DNA from: an uncultured bacterium
GTDB taxonomy: Bacteria > CSSED10-310 > CAZUFC01
DNA length: 49,856 bases
Assembly: GCA_964619725.1 (NCBI GenBank)
Contig: CAZUFC010000060.1
Span: 1-49,856 of the forward strand
Reading direction: 5' to 3'
In this document: positions 9,094-19,700 of the stretch, one piece after another
How positions within the stretch are numbered: position 1 is the first letter of the stretch
How the letters are laid out: each line of letters starts with the position of its first letter
Notes under the pieces: model-generated
Database searches by the model: none
Told to the model about the DNA's origin: nothing
The model's input: only the letters and a program-made list of their open reading frames with translations
Translations under genes and position numbers: made by a program

Positions 9094-10887
9094 TTAATAA
9101 AAATCGAAACAAACCTGGTCTATATCGCTGAAGAGGACTCCTGTTTCGTAATCCAACACGGCGGCGAGGAAACAGATATTCTGTGCCTGTCCTGCATTTT
9201 GGGGCCAGATGAAGTCCAGGATATTTTCCTGTGTTTGAGTTTCAGCGGGTATTCTTCTATCGCCGAAATCTATGCCGTCTTCTATGTATATCCATGAGGG
9301 CCAGCACCAGTAATCTTGGTATACGGCCAGGAGGATGAAAACCTGAAGATGAGCGGATTGCTCAAATGGATTTTTGAATGTAGCGTTGAGTATGAAGGGA
9401 TCGTCGTCGGTATATTGTTGTTTGTTTAATTCCAGGTTGATTGATGGTTCTTGGCCAGACGAGGTGGGTGTCGGCGTAGGGGCCGGCGTGGGAAGCGGCG
9501 TGGTTTCGTTTGCGGCATAACTGTAATTTTTTGAACCGGATGAAGAAGTCCCGGCGAAAACCATAACGATTTCTTCAAATATATGGCCGAAATCCGGCAA
9601 TTCCATGTTTCCTTCCTGGTTCTGATTCAGGTGCATGGCGCTGACTCTTGTGATGCCCGCATCGTCAAGCTCCAGCGCCCAAACTGCGAACCCGGCATCG
9701 TCGGCGCCGTCGAATTCGACGCTCAGGCCGAGGCCGTCGGTAAAGGAGGCATAATCGGCGGCCCAATGATTAACTGCAGCATTCTGCTGATTGACGGGAT
9801 ATTCGGAATGCTGAGCGAACGTCGAGAAGGGGGGCAAATCATCGCCGACATAGCCGAAACGTCCGTCCAAAAGGGTAGGGTCATCCAGAAAATTGGCAAC
9901 TGTCCAGTCCGCGAACACATCCTTGAAATCAACGTCGTACGAATGACTTGTCCAGAAATTTTCAAAGCCTTGGATACCGTTGGCCGTGTCGTTGACCAGC
10001 TCGTAAACAGCGGTTATCCCGCCGAACTGTTCGTAAAAATAGAGCATCCACAGGTAGGTTTTGATGTAGTCGGCCCATTCGCCCGTAAAGTCGGTCAGGG
10101 TTCTGTCCGGATGATTGTTGAATCCGCTTATGTTGTCCGGAGCGCCGAACAGCCACATGGCCAGTTCTCCGCAACCTTCGTCCACCCAGGAAGCCTCATT
10201 GGCATCACGGGCATGATGAATCAGATGTTCGAATTCATGAGCTGCAACGGCCAGCATGTAATCGCCGGACGGCGAGTATATGCCGCTGTTGAGATATATG
10301 ACGTCGCACTCATTGGAGGCGAAATTCTGTGTGCCGTCGCATGCCTGATCGAATATCCAGAAATATCCGTCAGCGGAAACGTCGAATTCGTAATATAAAA
10401 GGTATACCTTGCCGTCCTGGTCCAGCTCGTCCGGCGGTTCGCCGAAGGCGGCGGTATTCAGGTCCCAGATGCCCTGGTCGGGAAACGCTCCCAAACTCTG
10501 ATTTTCAAAATATTCCAGTATCGCATCCACGTCGGCCTGGTTTATATTGACGTTCCATTGACTGTTTTCCACAACCACATAAGCGTGCTCCGACGATCCC
10601 CGCACCGTGCAGGGCATTAATTCAGCTTCAGGATATCCGTTCAGACTCCATATATACCAATCCCATTCATCGCCCACCTGCGGATTCAGGGGCGGACCCA
10701 CCGGCGTGTAATCACACGGCAGTTCACGTGAAGTGTCCATATCCCAGGGCATTAAATCGCCGGTCTGCTGCTGAAGCCGCCACGTCAGGCAACCGCTTTC
10801 CCTGCTTTCCATCGGGAATGCCGGCGGCATCCATGCCGATAAAACAAAAGTGAAACTCAAAGAAAAAATGATTATCAGTTTTTTCAT
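9094..10887 (-). CDS. Secreted zinc metallopeptidase (M30/immune inhibitor A-like) with Pro/Thr linker and conserved C-terminal domain
   Basis: Signal peptide, AHEFEHLIH...WVDEG gluzincin-like motif, [14 protein letters not shown] linker, AGGAGG RBS. Confidence 0.8.
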   Translation of the reverse strand: MKKLIIIFSLSFTFVLSAWMPPAFPMESRESGCLTWRLQQQTGDLMPWDMDTSRELPCDYTPVGPPLNPQVGDEWDWYIWSLNGYPEAELMPCTVRGSSEHAYVVVENSQWNVNINQADVDAILEYFENQSLGAFPDQGIWDLNTAAFGEPPDELDQDGKVYLLYYEFDVSADGYFWIFDQACDGTQNFASNECDVIYLNSGIYSPSGDYMLAVAAHEFEHLIHHARDANEASWVDEGCGELAMWLFGAPDNISGFNNHPDRTLTDFTGEWADYIKTYLWMLYFYEQFGGITAVYELVNDTANGIQGFENFWTSHSYDVDFKDVFADWTVANFLDDPTLLDGRFGYVGDDLPPFSTFAQHSEYPVNQQNAAVNHWAADYASFTDGLGLSVEFDGADDAGFAVWALELDDAGITRVSAMHLNQNQEGNMELPDFGHIFEEIVMVFAGTSSSGSKNYSYAANETTPLPTPAPTPTPTSSGQEPSINLELNKQQYTDDDPFILNATFKNPFEQSAHLQVFILLAVYQDYWCWPSWIYIEDGIDFGDRRIPAETQTQENILDFIWPQNAGQAQNICFLAAVLDYETGVLFSDIDQVCFDFY

Positions 10888-11064
10888 AGGTTAAACCTCC
10901 TTAGCGACGATTTCCTTCTTTTTTTATATCTGTAAAAGGACGAACCTGACGAGGAAACCGTCCTTCATCATATTTTATCACAGCGCCGGTATTTGTCGAC
11001 TTTTAGAAGATAACTGCAGAGCGCCGGACATCTTTCGTTATCATTATTTTGTGAAAGGTTGAAG

Positions 11065-11116
11065 AAAAAAACTGAAGACCTTCAGGCTTTTCCAGGGAAG
11101 AACTGAAGGTCTCCAG
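11065..11116 (-). terminator. Intrinsic terminator
   Basis: Minus strand CTGGAGACCTTCAG-loop-CTGAAGGTCTTCAG followed by T7, just downstream of the stop at 11148. Confidence 0.7.
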
Positions 11117-11147
11117 CATTAACGGCTAAACACACTCAAAACGGCAT

Positions 11148-12357
11148 TTACATGTATCCCCAGTCGATCGATTGAAAGTCGCCGATAAGGTCGAAAGAGC
11201 CGGCCTCGAAGGCGGCGCCGTAGAATTTGAGGCCGGAAGCGGCGCCCAACCCGGAGGGCCAGTGCATATAGAGGATAATTTCGTGAAAGCTTGAAAAGGG
11301 ATCAACGGTGATATTAGCTTCGTAATCGACGCCGTCATTCATGCTGGTCCAGCTTGGATAGAACCAGATATCGCCGAAGACGTCCAGAAGGACCCAGGCA
11401 TCGGCATCGTAGGCGGCGCTGTCGGGATTATGGAGGTAATAGTGGAGATAGAAGGGGTCGCCTGTTTCCAATTGAGTATCGTCGAGCAGCAGTTCCATCC
11501 CTTTGTAGGACATGGGAAGCGTTCCAATGACGGCTGAGCCTTCCGGCAGCCAGGCAGAACGGTTAAGCATACCCTGAAGCGTACCGGCTCCAACGTCTTC
11601 GATCATGGGGTCCATAAGAGGTTTGAGAGCGAAAGGAGCGGGGCTGTCGTCCGGTTCGGGTTCGATGCTGATGACTGCAGCGTAACCGTCGGTCAAGTCT
11701 GTCGGAGGCGTGATGTAATCCTGTCCGGGGAAGGGCGGAGCAGGGTCATGTCCAGCATAGGGCCCTGCGCCGTCGCTGTCTTCCATCGCCGTATCAATGA
11801 ATCTGCCCGTAGACATCGGTCCTGAATCCCCCACGACCCATCCTTCATACATCCAACCATCCGGAAGCATCGGCAAAGTTAATGAAGGTCCAGGACCTGC
11901 CGAAGGGTCCAAAAACCATATTCCCTGATCATAATCGTTCATAACGCTCCCTGTACTGGGCGTTTCAAGTATATACTCCCCTGCCGCAGACGAGAAATCG
12001 GTCCCCAAAGCCGCCATATGATCGATACTCAATTCCGCCATGTCAGATTCGACTGCCCCTGCCAGAAAATGAGTCGCTGACGGTCCCGGGTCTGTATCCA
12101 CCGCAGGCTCTATAGTTAATACGAATGCATCAGCCGACTCCGCATACATTCTGTCCACAAGAAAGGTCGCCGGCCAGAGTCTTCCGTTATCATCAACGAT
12201 AAACTCACCCGTCGATACAGGCTCTCCGTCCATAATCAGGCCCTAACGACTCTACGCCGTCAAGCATTATCCGCATACCGACCTGGTCTGCTGCTCCGAA
12301 AGCCAGAACAGGCAGAAACAAAAAAACCAGCGAAACGATTTTTGTTTTGAAATTCAT
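11148..12357 (-). pseudogene. Secreted protein with two YEGW/STGxF repeat domains (family often annotated anti-sigma/RskA-like) plus the shared C-terminal domain; frameshifted at ~12235
   Basis: AAGGAGG RBS and ATG at 12357 encode signal peptide MNFKTKIVSLVFLFLPVLAFG...VESLGPDY, out of frame by 1 with the ORF 12233-11148. Confidence 0.75.
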
Positions 12358-12393
12358 TTTAGCCCTCCTTGTGGAATGTTGCCGAAACTCGAA

Positions 12394-12414
12394 TGAAACT
12401 TTTATGCAGTTTCA
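12394..12414. promoter_or_regulatory. Palindromic operator-like site upstream of the 12357 gene
   Basis: TGAAACT-N7-AGTTTCA, a perfect 7-7-7 inverted repeat. Confidence 0.4.
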
Positions 12415-12831
12415 AACATCAGGAATGGTTCTCCGTTTCGCTCGCATCTTGCGTGAAAATAATCCAAACCTGACAATTATTTAGATGACTGTGGTTTGTT
12501 AAAGATTCAATAAATATGCTTTTCCGGCATCGATCCAGTGCGATGATCATTCACAACAGGCTTCTATAACCGTTTATTCGAAATTGATTTAACACAGATT
12601 AACAATTTGCCCATCAAAAAAATCAACGTATTGAAATCCTCCGTAGCAGGGACTGCTGATTTAATCGAAATATCAATCGAGCCCATATCATATATTGTGC
12701 TGATATTTGACGCTGCCGCCATAAATTGTATGCATGCCCGTTGAATTTGGATTTCGATCCTGATCCAGATACCGACCTCGAATATCCGGCACTAGATGAA
12801 AAAAACAGAGGATTCAATCATTCAAGCGTTT

Positions 12832-12986
12832 GGCATTGATCAAAAATGCGTCTTTTGAGGTTACAATTCGACAGAATATTTCATCATTTCGTTTCGATTT
12901 CGATACCGATTGCGATACCGATACCGATTACTGAAACAAACTGTCGAAAGTTATGGAAGAAGTGTAACCGTGGTTTGATCAGTCCC
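12832..12986 (-). mobile_element. Family A element, full copy 2; extra duplicated end at 13003-13029 and partial copy at ~13535-13580
   Basis: GGCATTGATCAAAAATGCGTCTTTTGAGGTTACAA...GTTTGATCAGTCCC. Confidence 0.78.
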
Positions 12987-13273
12987 AAGCGTTTTATAAA
13001 AGAGTGTAACCCCCCGTTTGATCACTCCCGCTGTTTCTGAAGCGTTCTGCTGTGAATGATAATGGATACCGCAGTTTTTTTTCATCCGCGAAATTTCATC
13101 AAAGACAATTGTGGGCAAGAATCATTTTATTATAATCGGGATTTTTATCAGTCAAAGGTTTTATGAAAAAGTGCAGCCCAGACAGGATAAGTCCCAAAAT
13201 TCTGTTTCTATTGCGAGGCGGTTAATTTTCAAAGGCCGGTTTTTGCATATAAAAATGATTTTATAATCCAGAA

Positions 13274-13356
13274 GTCCCTTCTGTCCCTTAGGTCCCTTAG
13301 GTCCCTTAGGTCCCTTTGTCCCTTTGTCCCTTTGTCCCTTTGTCCCTTTGTCCCTT
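13274..13356 (+). repeat. GTCCCTTAG/GTCCCTTT microsatellite array, a solo copy of the four-helix-bundle flank
   Basis: (GTCCCTTAG)3(GTCCCTTT)5-type array, same family as 26957-27019 and 27805-27873. Confidence 0.9.
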
Positions 13357-13714
13357 ATCATTAAAACCCCTACCCGAATTCAATCAAATCCTAATCGCCC
13401 ATGATATAGTTCACTACTTCGTTCAGCAAGGCGCCCCGGAATTTCGGTACCTCTATTTCGTTTTGACTTGTATCGAGCCAGGTGTATTCGTTTGAAATCG
13501 TAATTTCGATGTCCCCTTTTCAAAGCCTTTCTTGTCGAAATCCAAATCGAAAAAAAATAATGGGATATTTGATGGAATTTCACCGGCGAGAAAATCAAAC
13601 TGGTCAGAAAGCTTTCAAGTGAAACCGAATACGTTTACCAGTCGATTTTAAATTTCAGAAGTTTAGAAACGGGCGCTCAGAGCGTGACTTCCTCCGAATG
13701 CTTCCGTAAATCGA

Positions 13715-13763
13715 AAGCGCCTGTCCGGTTGATTTCTTGAAGTAAATCGCGGGACAGGCGCTT
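13715..13763. terminator. Stem-loop downstream of the giant gene
   Basis: AAGCGCCTGTCC...GGACAGGCGCTT 12-bp stem. Confidence 0.6.
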
Positions 13764-13781
13764 GATTTTTTTATTTACGGT

Positions 13782-16700
13782 TTATTTCCTTTTTCGGAAC
13801 ATTCGATTGCCGCTGATTACGGCTATTCCCATCAGGACGATGAGCATCAGTATTCCCGCATTTCCGAAGGCTGGTATGGGTTGCTGCGTGGGCGAAGGCG
13901 TAATTGTCGGCGTGGGGGATGTCGGCGTTATTGTGGGAGTGTCTGTGGGCGTGAGTGTGGGCGTTTGAGTCGGCGATTGCGTTGCTGTGGGCGACAATGT
14001 GGGCGTCGGCGATACGGTCGGCGTTGAGCTCAGCGTCGGCGTCGCCGTTATCGTGGGCGTCTGCGTTACTGTGGGCGTCTGGGTCACAGTCGGGGTGCTG
14101 GTCACTGTCGGCGTCGGTGTGACCGTCGGCGTCAGCAATTCGAAGTCCTGGTTGACCAGTATGTCGCCTTGCACCTCCAGGCCGTATAACGTCTGAGGCG
14201 CGTAACCTGATGCTCCGGCGGTCACGTCGTAAGTCCCGTTGGGGATGCGGTGTATCTCGTAATATCCGTCTGCAGCCGAACCGTCGGGATCGGAGTATCC
14301 GCCGCTTGCCGTTACTGAGGCTCCTTCTATGGGATCAAGGCTTCCGGCTTCTCTAACGAAACCGGTTATGCCGCCTCCCACGTGGAAGTTCCAGTCCCAA
14401 CCGGGGCAATCGAAGCAATTGGCGTAATCGGCCGTTTCATGAGCTTCAACCGTCACCTGGATATCCGGGGCTCCCGCAGGCACTTCCCAGTACCAGGAAT
14501 GGAAGCCTTCGCCGTTGTGCTCGAACGTCGTTTCCCAATCCTCCCCGGCGGCATGACTGTCGTATTCGGCCGTGCCCGTGTCTCCGTCCGTGTCTATCTT
14601 CAACGTGTAGGTTACGTCGTAGGAATAGAACGGATGAGGATTCTCGCCTCTCACCCGTATTCTCGCTGTTTCGCCGGGATAGAACACGCTCGTGGGGTTA
14701 CCCGCCACGTTCAGTATATCCACATCCTGGACCCTGGGATCGAGATCGAACGTATAGCCTTCGCAGACGCTGGGCAATGTCGGCGCCAGGTCGTCCGCCT
14801 GGCTCTGGCTCTCAGCGCAGATGTAAAGCGTCATGTCGGCCAGCGCTATGACGGCCAGCGAATTGGTGGATACCACGTAATGGCCGCCGTTGAAGTGTTG
14901 CGTATGTATCGAGAACGTATTCGAGGCTGATCCGCCCGGACTTACGTTCAAATATCCCGGATCGAATGCGAATCCGTAGGTACCGCTGGGCACTATGTCG
15001 TTCAATTCCCCGATCAGGTTGCCGTTGATGAAAAGATCGACGTAATGCGGACGCACTCCGGAATGAGGCTGGAACGTCGTATAAATCACAGCCGTGTCTA
15101 TTTCTTCTATCGCATGCACGGAAACTTCGAAGCTCATGGATATCGACGGTCTGTTTGTGCAGAACCAGTTGGCCATGGGATAGCACAGTTCGGGACCGGC
15201 TACCACGACTTCCCACAACGACCGGGGCGATTCGCAGTTGAATTCCACCGGCAGAAGGACTTCAGACCCCGCCGCTTCGGCTTTCAACTCCCCGGAAATG
15301 ACCGGTTCGGACGGCTCGAACAGCGGTTCCACTTCAAAATCAATATGATCGTCTGTCTCCAGCCGGTAATGATTGATCCTCGGTATGAACAGCACGCGGC
15401 TCATCAGGTCGTCCACAGCGCTTACCGACAGGTCGGTCAGCGGGTCTCCCGAATTGCTCACGCGGCAGGTTTTAACTTCGGTCAGCGGATCGGAGCTTTC
15501 CTCCGTCAGATCGAACGCCACATAAGGCCAGGTTACGCAAACGGTCGTGGGCGCATTATCCGTTATCGGCTCTCCCTCCTCGTCCGCAATCAATGACACC
15601 GACAGGTCGTCGAAACAGACCTCGACCTTGCTCTCCGGGTCGTCCTGAACGTCCTGGGCGTGGATCACCAGTTCTATGTCCCTGGTTTCTCCCGCTGCCA
15701 GCGTCACAGTTTCGTCCTCGCTTCCCGGTCCTACGAAATTCACGATCAGCTCATCATGAGGATTGCTGATGTGAAGTTCAACTTCATGACTCACAACGTC
15801 TTCATTGTGCACGCCCACCCATACGTGCTGATCGTAATCGCGCTCGACCGTGAACGAATAGGAGTTCTGAGTGAAAACCACGCCGTTGCCTACGGTGAAG
15901 GTCCATATGTCGGAAGTCGTGTCGCCGCACGCCGAATCAGCGTAAATGTACCATTCGTACGTTACGTTCCTGGTCAGCGATTCAACGGACGTTTCATGCT
16001 GCGTTTCTGATGCAGCGACGGTGATTTCCGTCCATTCGGCGCCGCCGGTCTCTCGGTAGTAAAGCATCGTGTCGGCAGGCACGGAAGTGTTCCAGGTGAA
16101 CGTTACGTCGTTGCTTCCGGTGGTCGTTCCGTTAGCCGGATTGCGCTGCGTTATGTCGACGTCGGCAGTGACTTCAAGAGTCCCGTCGTCGGAGTATATC
16201 TCGCCCATCTGCTGCGATGTGCCGTCGACCTGGAAGGCATAAACGCCAACCGAAGAGCATTCGTCCGGCACGGTCACGATCAGCGTCGCATCAGCGGTCT
16301 GACCCGCATTCAGGGTTATGGGGTCGGGACTCAGTTCATACCACGTTCCCGGCAGCGCTCCAGTCACGTTCAGATCGAATACGTCGCTTCCCAGGTTGCC
16401 GTTGTGTATCCGCACCGTAAATTCCGTTTCCGCTCCGATAGCCGCTTCGATCGAGCCGGGTATGACGCTCAACGTTACCGCTGCCGGGCAATACATGATC
16501 GGAACGTTTCTGGACGCTTCGTTGTTGAATTCGTTCGATTCCAGCACTTCGTTCAAAGCATCCGCTGCAGCCGATATCACGGTGTCGCACGCCGCAGTCC
16601 AGCTTACCGACACGGTTTCCTGTTCGCCCGGATTCAAAGGCCCGGCGGTCTGATCAGCGCCGATCTGCACCGGTCCTGTGCCGTCGTCCGCATAGAACCG

Positions 16701-19700
16701 GACCGTGAAGGAGGTTCCCGAACCTGCGTTGCCGAAATTGTGCACGGTCGTCTGTACGGTCGTATTGTCGTCTTCTTCAGGATAAGCCGGTATAAACGCG
16801 ATATCCTGGCTGCGGACCACCAAGTCGGGCGCAGGCGTGGGAGAACTCGTCGGCGTCGGCGTTGGAGTGAACGTTCCCATCTGCGTGGGCGTCTGAGTAT
16901 TGGTGGACAGCGGCGAGGGGGTTCTCGTCGGCGTCAGGGTCGCTGTCGGAGTCAATGTAGGCGTCTCCGTCGCCAGCATGGTAGGACTCAATGTCGGCGT
17001 TAATGTCGGCACAGGCGTCGGAGCAATCGTTTCAGCCTGAACCTCAACGCCGGAGACCGAATAAGCCGGCAATACCAGGTCATACGTGAACGCACGGTAA
17101 TAATAAGTCTGTCCCGCTTCAACGTTCGTATCCGTCCAGAGCGTCGTCGAATGGTCTTCATCGCCTTTGTAAACGACTTGAACTCCAGGCGATACCTCGA
17201 CTCCCGGCGTCACATGATAATGCTGCCTGTCCGAAGGCAACCAGGTTATGGTTTCTTCGGACCTTACAATGATCGTGCCGGCAAAATCCCTCTCCCAGGG
17301 ATTCGTCCAGGTCAGACTGACGAAATCAGTATCAGCGCTTTCAACCTGGAATCCGCTGACTTCCGCCGGCGACGTCATGGCCGCCTGTTCGTTGGGATAA
17401 TAATATAATCCGTGAACCTGTCCCATCACGATGTCCTTCTTGCCGTCCTCATCCCAATCGTTCACCTCAGGCAACGCAATATTGACGCCCTGAATGTATC
17501 CGTAATCCGCTTCCACGAATCCGTCATCGATCAATTGCGGCGAACCGGGCGCGCCGTCATTGTTGAACTTGGTCAGAAGGTCATAATCCGAGAAGGTGTT
17601 CATGACGATGTCGGGCATACCGTCTTCCTCATAATCCCAAACATGCGGACTGCAATAGTAAGACCCTTTTATCGGCGTTTCGTATCCTGGAGGACCGTAT
17701 TTCAGCAGCGAACCGATGGAAAATTGCGGATTCGCGTCTGTACCTTCGTTGATGAAGATATATTGATACATTCCTCCGTTGTTGTAGATATACGTTCCTA
17801 CAAACAGGTCCTTCTTGCCGTCGGAATTCCAGTCGGCCGTTTCCAGCCCCAGGGACTCTTGCGGTCCTAAATCCCCATATCCGCCGATCAGCTTCTGGGG
17901 GTCTCCGAATTGCGGATCGTAATTTTCACCCTCATTCAGGAACAGGTATATATCTCCATTGTCGCCGTAATCAGGATTCGATACCAGAAGGTCCTTTTTA
18001 CCGTCGTTGTCCCAGTCTGCTACTTCCGGATAGAAATACGCGCCTTGCCTGAACCCGACTCTGCGGCCTGTGGTCGTCGTCAATAAGCGCTGACGAGTGA
18101 ATTTCGGTTCTGCTGGAGTTCCTGAATTGAAAATCACATAATGCCTGCCTCTCCAATAGACGTTCATTAAAAGGTCTTTCAGCCCGTCCTCATCCCAATC
18201 CACTACTCTGGGGACTTTGCCGCGAACGAACATCGTATCCGGAGACGTTCCGGGGATGTATTCCGCATCCTCATATATTCTATTCGATTCGGTTCCTTTA
18301 TTGGGATGATACATCACGAATCCCGTTCTGCTCATCAGTACAAGGTCAGTTTTAGAATCATCGTCCATATCGGCAAAAACAGGCCTGGTTTCACTATGAA
18401 CGACCACAGGACTGTGAATGTTATAAAGAACAGTTTCCTCATTGAAAACAGGAGAAGCGTCCGTGCCTTCGTTAAGGAACAAAGAGATTCTTCGATTTGA
18501 CCACTCTCCGCCCGAAACCAGAAGGTCCTTGCGGCCGTCGTTGTTCCAATCGATAACGTACGGCTTGGAATCTCTGTCCAGGTTAATGTTTGAATAGCCG
18601 ACCTGGAGATATTCGCCTTCATCCAGCGAAGGCGAATATTGCGTTCCCGTATTGAGGAACAATCGCACGTTCCCGTTCTGGTCGCCGGAAAGCAGATCGT
18701 CTTTGCCGTCGTTATTCCAGTCTGCTGCGAATGGAAAGGCGTTCCTACCCACATCAAGCGTATTGTATCCCGCCTGCAGATTAACGCCGGGATCGAATTG
18801 AGGATCATCGTCGCTGCCGGAATTCTGGTAGTATACTATTCGTCCGCCGTAATTTCCTATCAATAAATCTCTCTTGCCGTCCGAGTTCCAATCGTAATGG
18901 ATGGGCGCTGAGTCATCACCAACGTCGAGATCGCCGTATCCGGCCTGAACCCATGAATCTTCCTGAAGTTTTGGTTCCTGGGCAGTTCCTATGTTCATAC
19001 AGAGTCTCAGTCTGCCGTAATTTTCTCCGGCGATAAGGTCAAATTTGCCGTCCTTGTCCCAGTCAGTAACCCAATGATAATAGTTATAACTGGTATCCAC
19101 CTGGAATATTTCTCTTTTAATTTCGGTTTTTGAGCCGAAATCCGGCGGTCCTACAGGCGTTGCCGTGTAAGGCGATGTCGGGGAAGGCGTGGGACTGACT
19201 GTGAAGGTGGGACTGGCTGTCGGAGTGTTGCTCGGTCCTGGCGTATTCGTGGGAGGTTCCGTCGGTCCGGGCGTCGGCGTATCTCCGCTTGTTGTCGCGC
19301 TGACTTCTGAACCATTCAGAGAATAGGCCGGTAATACCTTGTCATATACGAATGCCCGGTAATAATATGTCTGATTTTCCATCAATCCCGCATCCGTCCA
19401 GGGAGTCAACGAATGATCATCTGCTCCCTTGTAAACAACTTCGACTCCCGGAGATACCTCGGTCCCTGGCGTCACATGATAACGCTGCCTGTAAGAAGGT
19501 CTCCAGTTAATAGAACTCAACGAACGGACGATTATCACGCCGCCGAAATCGTTTATGCCGGGGTTCCGCCAGGTCAGACTGACGCTGTTATCCGTTACGC
19601 TCTCAACCGTGAAATCAGATACATCATAAGGCGCTGTCCTGGATGTCTGATTGTTCGGGAAATAGGAAATGCCCGGATCGTCGCCCACTATCAGGTCTTT

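Noticed and set aside
9583-10398. Long antisense ORFs (also 21267-22232, 30917-31852, 6458-7084)
   Set aside because: They are shadows of well-supported genes on the opposite strand and have no recognisable motifs
12846-13040. MRLLRLQF... ORF family (also 47662-47874 and 46314-46610)
   Set aside because: These are translations of family A copies; they diverge immediately outside the element and the IPIPIP run comes from the hexamer core
13161-13361. Collagen-like GPK ORF
   Set aside because: Artefact of the GTCCCTTAG nonamer array
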